Shown piece by piece: positions 36,954 to 46,652 of a stretch of 64,000 nt of DNA. Location: assembly GCA_043719295.1 (NCBI GenBank), contig JAYSUD010000008.1, positions 8,216 through 72,215 on the forward strand. Direction: 5' to 3'. The stretch comes from a bacterium. GTDB lineage: Bacteria > Patescibacteriota > Minisyncoccia > Phycocordibacterales > UBA918. Every line of letters starts with the position of its first letter. Positions within the stretch are counted from its first letter, which is position 1. The position numbers and the translations under genes were made by a program. Under the pieces are notes generated by a model. It was given only the letters and a program-made list of their open reading frames with translations, did not search any database and had not been told where the DNA came from.

Positions 36954-38384
36954 TTAGATGTGTATAGATGAATCAGTAACACTAAAGGTAATTTTTGAAT
37001 TCTTCTTAAGAATATGAGATGAGAGAATCCGATAGGTATCAAAGTCAAACGGCTGATTGATCTCCTCTTCTACGTACCCTTCTGCAGTATATTCATATTT
37101 TTTAATAATCTTCCATTGATTAATTACATACGCAGTACCCTCTGTAGCCTCCTGGTCTTCTGGTACAACTATTGAGCCCTTAAATGGCCACGAACGAAGA
37201 CGCATCTTATTAAACGCTTCTTCAAAACGTTTATTATACAAACTGACATCTTCTTTCCCAATACAGGCACCTTTACACTTTCCTAACTGATATTGAAAGC
37301 AAGCACCGCTACCTGTTTCAAGTCCAGATAGCTTAGGACAAAGTTGGTGTGTAGCTAGTAACTGATGAATTACCGCCTTTCCACTTGAGAGTGTGCGGAA
37401 TATCCCTTCGATGTTGGTAAGCTCAACGATATCCGATTTGTTTTGATACAAGAGAGTACTTGTTTTATAACCGAGTGTATTGAAACTACTTTTATGAACC
37501 GCGAGCTTTGAAGCTGACCTTAATCGCCGATTAAAGACCGGCTGTAATTCTTTAATAAGAGCTGACTCTTTAAGTAACGCTGAAAGTTCCCCTGAGGTAG
37601 TCTCACAATCAATATGCGTAACCTGGTTAGTAAGCATACGTTCTTTAGCACTCATGTAGTCTTGACCAAAGTGTGAACGAACTCTGTTTTTTATATCAAC
37701 ACTTTTGCCGATGTACAAAAGAGTATCGTCTTTGTCATAAAAGAAATACACTCCAGGAGCATGGGGTAATTGCTCAATGATTTTAGGATCCATAGTCGAC
37801 GGTAATGTGTACGTCAAAAGACATTTTGTTACACACTCCTTAACTACTTCAGGTGTTAGTTTGCGCTCCGCTACACGTAAAAAATCGACCATTGCTTCTG
37901 CATCTGCCAACGCTCGATGTCGATTTTTAACCTTGATACCGTGGGATTCTATAATTGATTGAAGGCTGTGACTTTTTTGCTCACTAAAAAGTTGACGTGA
38001 CATTTTTACTGTGCAGAGTGTTTTTGCATTCCATACGATACCTAAACGCATAAACTCATTTTTGATAAAGCCATAATCAAAGCGGACATTGTGTGCAACA
38101 AACACAGCTCCCGCTAAAAGCTCTTGTATGTGTAACGCGACTTCATCAAACCGAGGCTTCCCCTCCAGATCACTATCTTTAATGCCCGTTATATCAGTTA
38201 TAAATGAAGGTAAGATTCTATCTGGCTGGATTAAGGTCTCAAATGTTTCAACAATTTCCCCATCTTCAACACGAATAATACCAACCTCAATTATTTGTCC
38301 GTATCGTGAATTAGCTCCTGTTGTTTCAACATCAACAAAAGCATATGAAGCGCCTTTTAAAGATTGAAGTATTACTGAAACCAT
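36954..38384 (-). CDS. Fusion of a DnaQ-like 3'-5' exonuclease (DEDDh) with a GIY-YIG nuclease domain (Cho/UvrC-N-like).
   Basis: N-terminus FVDVETTG...IIEVGIIRV and HNVRFD (exo motifs I-III). Middle PGVYFFYDKDDTLLYIGKSVDIKNRVRSHF (GIY-YIG). Confidence 0.7.
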   Translation of the reverse strand: MVSVILQSLKGASYAFVDVETTGANSRYGQIIEVGIIRVEDGEIVETFETLIQPDRILPSFITDITGIKDSDLEGKPRFDEVALHIQELLAGAVFVAHNVRFDYGFIKNEFMRLGIVWNAKTLCTVKMSRQLFSEQKSHSLQSIIESHGIKVKNRHRALADAEAMVDFLRVAERKLTPEVVKECVTKCLLTYTLPSTMDPKIIEQLPHAPGVYFFYDKDDTLLYIGKSVDIKNRVRSHFGQDYMSAKERMLTNQVTHIDCETTSGELSALLKESALIKELQPVFNRRLRSASKLAVHKSSFNTLGYKTSTLLYQNKSDIVELTNIEGIFRTLSSGKAVIHQLLATHQLCPKLSGLETGSGACFQYQLGKCKGACIGKEDVSLYNKRFEEAFNKMRLRSWPFKGSIVVPEDQEATEGTAYVINQWKIIKKYEYTAEGYVEEEINQPFDFDTYRILSSHILKKNSKITFSVTDSSIHI

Positions 38385-38584
38385 ACAAATGAACTAGTAA
38401 TTGTAATTGAATTTACCAATTGAGTACAGTTTGGCCACGTACCTCGTGGAAGTGTCCTGTTCTAGCAGAAACAAAAGTTATTTTTGAATAAAGATATTAA
38501 TTTTTAATTGCTTAATAAGTTCGTGAAGATACGCATCAAAGCACCACAAGCAACCAAAACTCTCACTACAAAGTTATAAAGAGT

Positions 38585-38884
38585 ATGAAATGGAATCCAC
38601 TTGTACATGCACTCGCTGCATCTTTATACATTGGCCTTGTAGCCCTATTTATGCGTTTTATTGAATCTATTCGTCACGATACTCCTGATACCTTTGTTGA
38701 TGGACTCGGCTTTTTATCACTTTTTGTTTGTTCTGTTGCAATAATGGCATTTCTTTTTTTCTACCAACCCGTAGCATTACTCATTGAGGGAAAAAAGAAA
38801 GAAGCACTAGTGTATTTTATAAAAACCATTGGTAGCTTTGCACTTATTACGGTTTGCATCTTAATACTTACAAGCCTTCAGTGA
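38585..38884 (+). CDS. Small membrane protein (3 TM).
   Basis: 99 aa, hydrophobic. Confidence 0.4.
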   Translation: MKWNPLVHALAASLYIGLVALFMRFIESIRHDTPDTFVDGLGFLSLFVCSVAIMAFLFFYQPVALLIEGKKKEALVYFIKTIGSFALITVCILILTSLQ

Positions 38885-39033
38885 GTAGTTGTTACGGCTA
38901 CCTGTGATAATGCCAGAAAAGTAAAAATCCCCTCTTCGGGGATTTTGTGCTAAGAGCTGGCTGTATGGGAGGATGTTAGAACCTATTTACATAAAATTCA
39001 TCAAGATTTCTGATATCTCAAAAAAATAAGAAA

Positions 39034-39864
39034 CTACTCACTAAAAACAATTGGAACTTTTTGTTGTACTTTATTTAAGTAATCAATCAAAGATACACTG
39101 CTATTCTTGTATTCATTTAGCCAGCTATATTCTTCTGGTAAAGGTTTAGAAAAATCTGTAGAAAAGATATCGAGGCCTACATCACTGTAATAGTCAAACC
39201 TTAGTGCGCCTGAGTCGCTAACTCGTATAATTCTTTCATCGCTTCCAGAAGAAAAGACTAAGAATTGGTAATTAATACCAGCACTTTGCAAAAGTTGTTG
39301 TAACTGTAGTCCATCAACATGTACTAGAGCAGTTAATTTAGGAGCACTTGCGACAATGGTTGCTCTATCTCTAATACCACTAGGTAAACTTGAGGGCAGT
39401 GTGGCAAATATAGTGTTTAAGCCATCAATATTTTTTTGCAAACATGAATCTAGATATTCAAATTCTGCTTGCGAAAACTTATACTTAATATCATTGTGTG
39501 ATGCTAGTTTTTCATTTGGCATAAAAAGCACCAAATCATTATTTGTGTTTGAAGATGTATAGGTTGATATATTTATATCTGTATTTATAGGTAGAATATA
39601 ATTCCACTCACTCGAATTAATCAAAGGTCCTCCGCCCAGAGTGATATTTTTTATTGCACTTGTACTGTACTGAATTTTATATGAGGCACCATCTCCTTCT
39701 AGCGCATTTGGTCTCAAATCCAAACGGACATCAATTTTTGAAAGATTACAATCAATCGTACCAATCAATTTTGTGTTTTGCTGCTTTTCAAAATAATTGA
39801 AACCGACCCAAATTAAAATAACAAATCCTATTAAAGTAAATACTACAATCCTATTTTTTGACAT
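39034..39864 (-). CDS. Hypothetical membrane-anchored extracellular protein.
   Basis: 276 aa, N-terminal TM IVVFTLIGFVILIWVGF. Confidence 0.4.
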   Translation of the reverse strand: MSKNRIVVFTLIGFVILIWVGFNYFEKQQNTKLIGTIDCNLSKIDVRLDLRPNALEGDGASYKIQYSTSAIKNITLGGGPLINSSEWNYILPINTDINISTYTSSNTNNDLVLFMPNEKLASHNDIKYKFSQAEFEYLDSCLQKNIDGLNTIFATLPSSLPSGIRDRATIVASAPKLTALVHVDGLQLQQLLQSAGINYQFLVFSSGSDERIIRVSDSGALRFDYYSDVGLDIFSTDFSKPLPEEYSWLNEYKNSSVSLIDYLNKVQQKVPIVFSE

Positions 39865-40016
39865 ACCTATACTATATCACCCTTGACTTTGTTGTAGCTT
39901 CGATGTCTGGGATGAGGTTAAAACTTTTTTATTAGAAAAACACTCTACCTAAACCAGTTGATTATTACTGGAATTGCAAAGACCTAAAATAGCAAGACGA
40001 GTGTTCGCGGGGACTT

Positions 40017-40238
40017 TTAGAGTGTAACTGAAACCTCACTCGAACTTTCTGTACGCAAAATACGCTTTGGAAGGAGCCGATTAAAGAAAGCTAAACGAAT
40101 GCCCAAAAATTCAAGTCCGAGCACAGCGAACAAGGCTCCGGGCAAAATGGGAAGAATGAGGCCAATTATGCCCAAAATAATAAGGAGTATCCCTATTGTT
40201 TTGCGTAACCAGTTTCTTGAATAGATATATGTTTTCAT
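40017..40238 (-). CDS. YbaN/DUF454-family inner membrane protein.
   Basis: TIGILLIILGIIGLILPILPGALFAVLGLEFLG. Confidence 0.5.
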   Translation of the reverse strand: MKTYIYSRNWLRKTIGILLIILGIIGLILPILPGALFAVLGLEFLGIRLAFFNRLLPKRILRTESSSEVSVTL

Positions 40239-40383
40239 ACCTGCCTCTATACTCCTTCTGACGTGTATAATCTTTATTTCTTACAGAGAATGCAGATTTT
40301 TCCCGTGATTCGGCAAGCAACGGCAAACGCCGTAAACAAATACTTGTTTACGGCGTGCCGATTGCTGACTGTCTGGGATGAGG

Positions 40384-40620
40384 TTAGAACTTTTTGTAGA
40401 GATACAAACCTCCAGAAACCAACAATAATGCAATTCCCGCTTTAAAAAATAAACTCGCGTAAGCTGGTGAAGTGAGGAGTATAAATCTACCAAAATCAGT
40501 TGCTGATGAAACTACGGATAAAATTCCAAAGGGCTTTAAGTTTGTCCATAGAAAACTTAATAGAAAAAGAAATAAACCTACACTGAAAGTGATTTTAACT
40601 AATTTAAATTTTTCAATCAT
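40384..40620 (-). CDS. Small membrane protein.
   Basis: 78 aa, two or three TM. Confidence 0.35.
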   Translation of the reverse strand: MIEKFKLVKITFSVGLFLFLLSFLWTNLKPFGILSVVSSATDFGRFILLTSPAYASLFFKAGIALLLVSGGLYLYKKF

Positions 40621-40656
40621 AGAAATTCATTGTAACACCTTTAGCTCAACCGTTTG

Positions 40657-40709
40657 CTGCCAGACTTGGACTCGAACCAAGATAACATCCTCCAGAGGGA
40701 TGTGTCCTA
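40657..40709 (-). pseudogene. Partial copy of tRNA-Gln (anticodon arm through 3' end, lacking acceptor 5' and D arm) ~55 nt downstream of the intact gene.
   Basis: Minus strand: ...gtaggacacatccctctggaggatgttatcttggttcgagtccaagtctggcag matches the intact tRNA from the D-loop end to the 3' end. Confidence 0.65.
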
Positions 40710-40767
40710 CAGTCAAATGAGTGAGCGAAACGAGGAAATGGATATTTCTTATTATTTACGTGCTTTG

Positions 40768-40838
40768 CTGCCAGACTTGGACTCGAACCAAGATGATATC
40801 CTCCAGAGGGATACATCCTACCATTAGATGATCTGGCA
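40768..40838 (-). tRNA. tRNA-Gln (anticodon CUG); no encoded CCA.
   Basis: Minus strand tgccagatcatctaatggtaggatgtatccctctggaggatatcatcttggttcgagtccaagtctggcag. Acceptor TGCCAGA/TCTGGCA, anticodon loop CUCUGGA, T-loop TTCGAGT. Confidence 0.7.
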
Positions 40839-40908
40839 GCACAGCACACAAATTATGAAATATTCATTTACTCATTTCCGAACGAAAGCAGATTGTATGG
40901 TTTCCATA

Positions 40909-40926
40909 CCATTAGACGATCTAGCA
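40909..40926 (-). repeat. Short imperfect copy of the tRNA-Gln 5' end, upstream of the intact gene.
   Basis: ccattagacgatctagca versus ccattagatgatctggca (2 mismatches). Confidence 0.35.
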
Positions 40927-41114
40927 ATGTGTGTGTCTGTTTGTTTGTTTCTTATTTGTCTTTAACCTACCAATACAGCTTCATGTGAAGCGCTACTTTT
41001 CATGAAGCCTGTTTGGTACATTTCTTGCGTTTTTGACGTAAGCAACACTATAGTGCCAAAATTCCTCGATAAATCAAGCTTTGTATGTCCTTAAGTCCTC
41101 AACTCTTCATACAC

Positions 41115-41744
41115 TCATTCCGCAAAGTGCGCGTGGTCGTTCCACATTTCTAGATGCCATGAGCTCTTATCGAAGGTAAAAGTGCTGATACTTGTATTAC
41201 TCATAGAAGAAATTGCATTTTTAAAATCAATATTTTCTGAAGGTGTTTGTGCTCCATGATGCAGTATGAAAATTAGAATTGATTTAATCAACGATTCATG
41301 ACTTACTACTAAAATGTGTTCTTCAGGATGACTTGCTAATTTGGCAAGCCCTAACTCTATTCTCTTATGTAGATCAGTGTAATTTTCTGCATCCTCATAC
41401 CTGGCACCTGTAACTTCATAGCACTGCTTTAGGTTTTCAAAGTATTCTTTTGCTTCAGGTCCGTTTTTTGGCTTGCCATGCATTGATGAAGCAAATTTAA
41501 TGCCACTAAAACAGTCTTCTATCTCAATCGGCAAACCAGTTACATTACTAATATATTCTGCAGTCTGGATTGTTCGTTTTAGTGATCCTGCTAGGAGTGT
41601 GGTTATGGGTAGCGATTGAATACGTTCTGCAATAAACTTTGATTGCTGATGTCCAAGTTCAGTCAATACAGCTGTCGGAAGTTTGAAAATCTTTTCTAAG
41701 TTTCCTTCAGCTTGACCATGCCGGATAAAGTAAATTGTTTTCAT
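41115..41744 (-). CDS. Histidine phosphatase family protein (phosphoglycerate mutase-like), paralog 1.
   Basis: MKTIYFIRHGQAEGN... (RHG catalytic motif) ...SHESLIKS. Ends WNDHAHFAE, the same as its neighbour. Confidence 0.75.
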   Translation of the reverse strand: MKTIYFIRHGQAEGNLEKIFKLPTAVLTELGHQQSKFIAERIQSLPITTLLAGSLKRTIQTAEYISNVTGLPIEIEDCFSGIKFASSMHGKPKNGPEAKEYFENLKQCYEVTGARYEDAENYTDLHKRIELGLAKLASHPEEHILVVSHESLIKSILIFILHHGAQTPSENIDFKNAISSMSNTSISTFTFDKSSWHLEMWNDHAHFAE

Positions 41745-41748
41745 ACAC

Positions 41749-42384
41749 TCATTCCGCAAAGTGCGCGTGGTCGTTCCAGAGGACCAATCGCCATCCCCTA
41801 TCTTCACTGTACTCAAATAAGGTAATGCCTGTGTTACTAATTTTAAAAGTAGAAGCAAGGTTGTGCCATACGTGAGTAGTTGATTCTGCTTTAAGTAGTA
41901 CAGCTGACGCAAAACACATCATAAAGAAACTATGGGAAACAACTAAAATTGTTTCTGCGTCATCTGTTTCAAGAAGTGATTTTGCTTGTTGTACACGAGC
42001 AAAAATGTCTTCGAAGTTCTCTCCGTCTTCTTGTCGCCACGTTGGGTTTTCTACATTTGCATTTCTGTTTTTACGGTGCGACAGAACTCGCTCATCTTCT
42101 TCAGATATATTGAACAATGAAGATGGTTCAATTACCTCTCCAAAGACTGGAGCGGTATTTGGAACAATGTTTTTCAATAGAGCAATTGGCTCTGTTGTCT
42201 GCTCAGCTCGGAGAAAATCACTTACGTATATTTTCTTAATTTCTAAATCTTTCACACGCGATGCAACAAGTTCTGCTTGTGCGAATCCATTAAGATTTAG
42301 CGGTTCAGCTTTACTCGGCACGTACCGCTCTACATTCGAATCAGTCTCTCCATGTCGTACAAAATATATTCGTTTGGTTGTCAT
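41749..42384 (-). CDS. Histidine phosphatase family protein, paralog 2 (tandem).
   Basis: MTTKRIYFVRHGETDSN... ...VSHSFFM. The last ~32 nt (cactcattccgcaaagtgcgcgtggtcgttcca) are identical to paralog 1. Confidence 0.75.
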   Translation of the reverse strand: MTTKRIYFVRHGETDSNVERYVPSKAEPLNLNGFAQAELVASRVKDLEIKKIYVSDFLRAEQTTEPIALLKNIVPNTAPVFGEVIEPSSLFNISEEDERVLSHRKNRNANVENPTWRQEDGENFEDIFARVQQAKSLLETDDAETILVVSHSFFMMCFASAVLLKAESTTHVWHNLASTFKISNTGITLFEYSEDRGWRLVLWNDHAHFAE

Positions 42385-42395
42385 ATGTATTTAAA

Positions 42396-43430
42396 TTATT
42401 TGGTACAACTCTCGATAATTGCTAACTCGAGCGGTAACTGGGGTAATACTGTTTTTCCTATTTGTTCGGACGCACCAAGAAGTGCCACAAGGAGATGTGA
42501 ATTTAAGTTTGATGGAGTAGCTTTTGCAAGTGTTTTTAAAAGTTCAGCATCTGCAACGCTAAATGCTGAAAGCAACTTTGCTTCGCTTTGTGGTGCATTT
42601 CGTAACAACATCACCGCACGTACACGCTCAAGCAACAAACACATGAAAAGTTTCATGTCAGCGTTTGCTTCAATCGCCTCCCCAACTTCGTTCAAAGCGG
42701 ATTCAACGTCTTTTTCATGAAGTGCCTGTAACAAGTTCTGCAGCGTCTTTGCTTTTGGTGCACCAATAATTCCTGCTACTTCGTCAGCATTTCCAATAGT
42801 GTCCCCCGACGCCATAATCACCTTTTGCGTTACACCAATTGCGTCACGAAACGAACCATCAGCAGCAATTGCAATTAAGTCTGCAGCATCGGGTGAAAGT
42901 TCAAAACCTTCTTTTTTTGCAATGTCAGTTACAGTTTTTGCAAGTACTTCCCGTGAAGGCGAATGCATACGGAATACCTGACAACGTGACAAAATTGTAT
43001 CGAGCAACTTTTCTTCTTCAGTTGTTGCTAAGATAAACACCACGTGCGACGGAGGTTCTTCAAGCGTTTTTAAAAGCGCATTAAAAGCTTCTTTAGTGAG
43101 CATGTGAACCTCGTCAATGATGTACACCTTTCGTTCACTTTCATACGGTAGTGTATAAACTGCTTCGCGAAGTTCACGAATGTCATCAATACCGCGGTTA
43201 CTAGCAGCATCAATTTCATAGAGATCAACATCACTTACACCAATTGCTTTTGCAAAAATGCGCGCAAGGGTTGTCTTCCCTGTTCCTCTGGTACCTGAAA
43301 ACAAAATCGCATGAGGAATAGTCTTTTTTGCAATTGCACCTTTAAGAACTGACACAATGTGATCTTGATCACGAACATCGTCAAAAGAAAGTGGCCGGTA
43401 TTTTCGATAGAGCGCAAGATTTTCTGACAT
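42396..43430 (-). CDS. dnaX: DNA polymerase III gamma/tau subunit, short form (344 aa).
   Basis: AILFSGTRGTGKTTLARIFAKAI (Walker A), DEVHML, and the SRC sensor motif (LSRCQVF). Confidence 0.85.
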   Translation of the reverse strand: MSENLALYRKYRPLSFDDVRDQDHIVSVLKGAIAKKTIPHAILFSGTRGTGKTTLARIFAKAIGVSDVDLYEIDAASNRGIDDIRELREAVYTLPYESERKVYIIDEVHMLTKEAFNALLKTLEEPPSHVVFILATTEEEKLLDTILSRCQVFRMHSPSREVLAKTVTDIAKKEGFELSPDAADLIAIAADGSFRDAIGVTQKVIMASGDTIGNADEVAGIIGAPKAKTLQNLLQALHEKDVESALNEVGEAIEANADMKLFMCLLLERVRAVMLLRNAPQSEAKLLSAFSVADAELLKTLAKATPSNLNSHLLVALLGASEQIGKTVLPQLPLELAIIESCTK

Positions 43431-43591
43431 ATTTTTTTAAATTTTCATTAGTATAGAACTTTCACAAATGGATGCAATTCGAGACGTACAAATAAAATAT
43501 GACGAAACGTACTTGATGTACGTTGAGGATTATTTTTTGCAGTACAACGAAGAAGTGCGCCGTTTGTGTAGGTTCTATATAGTATAACAGA

Positions 43592-44449
43592 TTACTCTAA
43601 TCTGACCTTTTGCTGTACTTCCGCTCGCAAAAGCTGTATATCGCTTTTTATGTGTTCGCTTTTAAGAATCACGTAACACACAAGTATCTTCTGTCCTGTA
43701 GCTAGTGTTTCTTCAAAAATTGCTACATCGGTACGTCCTGCTTCTTTTGTAAACCCATGTTTACCCCCTTTGTACCCATCCTCTTGAACTAGAGGGTTAT
43801 TGTTACGCCAACCGGTGTTGCTCCCAATAAACTGCGTCAGACGGGTGATGTCAAAAATGTGTGGATACGTGTCATACAAATGCATACTCAATAATCCAAG
43901 CTCTTGTGCAGATGAGGTGTCTAGAGCAGATAAGCCTGAAGTGTCGGAAAAAGTCGTATCTGTAAGACCTTTTTCTTGTACATACGCATTCATTTTTATG
44001 ACAATATCTGGTGACACTCGATCAACCACAAACGCTGCATCGTTTGACGATTCAAGAAGTAATGGGTACATGAGTTCTCGATATGTATAGACATCACCAT
44101 ACCCAAGTCTGCCTGCCTCTCCTTCGTTTGCAATGTCAGCCCACGTAATGGACGTTGTTGCTTTAAGGTTTACATCACGATAAAAAAGTGCCGCTGACAG
44201 TAGTTTTGTTATCGAGGCTATTGGCAAGACTACGTTTTCATTCTTTGTGGCGATAACTTCCCCTGTCTCAACTCTGATCACATACAATGAAGTAGCGGAA
44301 ACTAAAGAGGTATCAAATTGATGCGAAGTCAATGTTGGCGTGTATGTTACCGCATCTTCAACACTCCATACTGCAATGGAAAAAAGTCCGATACCAAGTG
44401 TCGCAAACAATACGGTAAAGACAGTAATTCTGCCAAGAGTTTTTCGCAT
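43592..44449 (-). CDS. D-alanyl-D-alanine carboxypeptidase (peptidase S11, PBP5-like).
   Basis: SxxK (ASITKLLSA), SxN (LLESSNDAAF) and KTG-like (KGGKHGFT) motifs; signal anchor. Confidence 0.8.
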   Translation of the reverse strand: MRKTLGRITVFTVLFATLGIGLFSIAVWSVEDAVTYTPTLTSHQFDTSLVSATSLYVIRVETGEVIATKNENVVLPIASITKLLSAALFYRDVNLKATTSITWADIANEGEAGRLGYGDVYTYRELMYPLLLESSNDAAFVVDRVSPDIVIKMNAYVQEKGLTDTTFSDTSGLSALDTSSAQELGLLSMHLYDTYPHIFDITRLTQFIGSNTGWRNNNPLVQEDGYKGGKHGFTKEAGRTDVAIFEETLATGQKILVCYVILKSEHIKSDIQLLRAEVQQKVRLE

Positions 44450-44517
44450 TAGTTAATAATACAGCGTTGATCTCTAAACGAGACCAACGCTGTATTATCT
44501 TCTGTGTATAGAGAAAA

Positions 44518-45000
44518 TTAGTTCTTTGCTACAACTTTCTTAGCTGGAGCTTTTGCTACAGCCTTCTTAACAGCTGGTGCAACTTTCTTTGCAACCGTTG
44601 TTGCCTTTTTAACTACTTTCTTTGCAGGTGTAGCTGCTTTCTTTGCCTTGTTTACCTTAGCCATTCCCATCTTAGCTAATCCTCTCCAGTTTTCACTCAT
44701 TTCATTTTTGAAGTCACTGAGTTCATTTCGAGAAATCTTTTGTGCATTGCTGTATGTAGCTACAACAGTACTTACTAAGTTGTTAAACTCTTCTTCAGTA
44801 ATTTTTTCTGCCTTTTCAATTGCTTCAAGTACTTCACCTTTAGCTTTAATAGCCCAACTTTTTACCACTTTTCGATTTTTTGCAGCCCCCTTACTTCCGT
44901 ATAAAAAGTATGCTCCTGCAGCAGCAACTGCGGCGGTAGTAAGTCCTACACCAATACCGAGTTTTTGTGCGTTTGAAATTGCTGGTTGTTTCTTTACCAT
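44518..45000 (-). CDS. Histone H1-like Lys/Ala-rich DNA-binding protein.
   Basis: C-terminal KKAATPAKKVVKKATTVAKKVAPAVKKAVAKAPAKKVVAKN repeats. Confidence 0.6.
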   Translation of the reverse strand: MVKKQPAISNAQKLGIGVGLTTAAVAAAGAYFLYGSKGAAKNRKVVKSWAIKAKGEVLEAIEKAEKITEEEFNNLVSTVVATYSNAQKISRNELSDFKNEMSENWRGLAKMGMAKVNKAKKAATPAKKVVKKATTVAKKVAPAVKKAVAKAPAKKVVAKN

Positions 45001-45028
45001 ATTGTAGTCTTAGTTACGTATAATTAAA

Positions 45029-45304
45029 TTACTCTTTTTTCTTGCGTGTCGCCTTTCGTGCTTTTGTCCCCATGACAAAACTCAACACTTGTGAGACGAG
45101 ACTTCCTTCGGTTACATACGCACGTAATTGTGATACATCTTCGGCAATCACCTCACTTCCTTCATCTATCCGAGCGACAATGCGTCGAATCGACTTGAGA
45201 ATTTTGATTACCTGATATATCGCAACGCATAGTAACACTGTAAACAGTACTACAGACGCACTTGTTATTGCGAAGAAAATATTTGTTTGTAATATCTCAC
45301 TCAT
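45029..45304 (-). CDS. DUF948-like small membrane-anchored protein.
   Basis: N-terminal TM then a coiled coil. 91 aa. Confidence 0.35.
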   Translation of the reverse strand: MSEILQTNIFFAITSASVVLFTVLLCVAIYQVIKILKSIRRIVARIDEGSEVIAEDVSQLRAYVTEGSLVSQVLSFVMGTKARKATRKKKE

Positions 45305-45470
45305 AAGTACAGTATACCTTACAGGTACTGTCTACTCACTTGTTTTTTATCCACTCCGTTCCCAAAAGACTCAGTGAGTCTTGCGAAATGCTTCAAGCAT
45401 TTCTCACCATGCACCAGTAGCGAACATGTTGCTATGTGTGGATGAATACTCTGAAAGTGATACAGAATAA

Positions 45471-46601
45471 TCACTTCATTGAAGCCGTATGAAGTTCCAA
45501 TATATTTCCAACTTCACTCGCATTTTCTGCAACCATTAATAAAGCACGTAGTTCCACCGCACCCTCAAATCCATTGATATACGCTTTGTAGTGTTTTTTC
45601 ATCAGTGCAAAGCTTTTGTGTGGCAAGAGTTCCTCAAAAAGCTGTGTGTGTTCTATTACTGCTTCAAATCGTTCTGTAAGAGTAACTAACTCAATTTCAG
45701 ATTGCAATATACTCAAAGCGTTTTCCTGAGGTGAAGAGCGAGGAAGAGCAAAGTTGTGAAGTGAGTCGTACGTTGTAGTACGGCGATCGAGCAACAAAGA
45801 CTCTGACGAAGTTATTCGCTCAGGTAAACGCTTTGAGGGATGGAACAACCACGGGTTGCCAAATATGGCTCTCCCAAGCATCACTCCATCAGCTCCTGTT
45901 GCTGTTATTTTCTCTTTTGCATCCTCAAGTGATAGCACATCGCCATTACCAATAATTAATGTCTCACTTTTAAGTTCATCTCGAATCTCTACCGCACGCT
46001 TCACGCGTTCCCATCGCGCAGGAACTTTACTCATTTCTTTTCGGGTGCGTGCGTGGACCGTAATTGCCGCTGGATTTGCCTTAAGTAAAAACGGAAGCCA
46101 CGTTTCAAGTTCGTCAGTGTTATATCCTAACCGTGTTTTAACTGATACCGGTAATCCATTACTACCTTTCTTAGCTGCCTCAATAACCGCTTCTGCAATC
46201 TGTGGAGTTTTAATCATCGCCGACCCACACCCTTGCTTTTCAATCCCTTTATCAGGGCACCCCATGTTGATATCAATTCCATCAAAACCAAGTTCGCGAC
46301 ACAGTCGTGCAGCTTTCTCCATGTATTCTGGATGACTTGAAAACAGTTGTGCAACAATTGGTCGTTCTTCTTCGGCATAGAGCAAGTCAGCCATAAGCTT
46401 TTTCTTCCCTTCTTCGGTTGCACGAATGAGTCCATCAGCAGACACGAACTCTGTCCACATAACGTCAGGCCCTCCAACAGTTCCGTCCTTTCGCTCATGA
46501 GCCGAGCACTTTGCAATCATGCGTCGAAACGACACATCAGTAACATCCGCCATAGGCGCAAGTACAAAAAACGGTTTTGGGAGATCTTGCCAGAAGTTCA
46601 T
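45471..46601 (-). CDS. dus: tRNA-dihydrouridine synthase (Dus family).
   Basis: LAPMADVTDVSFRRMIAKCS...INMGCP...VKTRLG: FMN TIM-barrel Dus motifs; extended C-terminus. Confidence 0.8.
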   Translation of the reverse strand: MNFWQDLPKPFFVLAPMADVTDVSFRRMIAKCSAHERKDGTVGGPDVMWTEFVSADGLIRATEEGKKKLMADLLYAEEERPIVAQLFSSHPEYMEKAARLCRELGFDGIDINMGCPDKGIEKQGCGSAMIKTPQIAEAVIEAAKKGSNGLPVSVKTRLGYNTDELETWLPFLLKANPAAITVHARTRKEMSKVPARWERVKRAVEIRDELKSETLIIGNGDVLSLEDAKEKITATGADGVMLGRAIFGNPWLFHPSKRLPERITSSESLLLDRRTTTYDSLHNFALPRSSPQENALSILQSEIELVTLTERFEAVIEHTQLFEELLPHKSFALMKKHYKAYINGFEGAVELRALLMVAENASEVGNILELHTASMK

Positions 46602-46652
46602 AAGAATAGTACTGTACTCGCCGGGTTCAAAAAAGCAAGAGGGGCTATATCA

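Noticed and set aside
40646-40849. 67-aa minus-strand ORF (MCCAARSSNGRMYPSGGYHLGSSPSLAAK...) with an internal repeat.
   Set aside because: It is the translation of the tandem tRNA-Gln sequences; the repeat in the 'protein' is the tRNA duplication. Not a gene.
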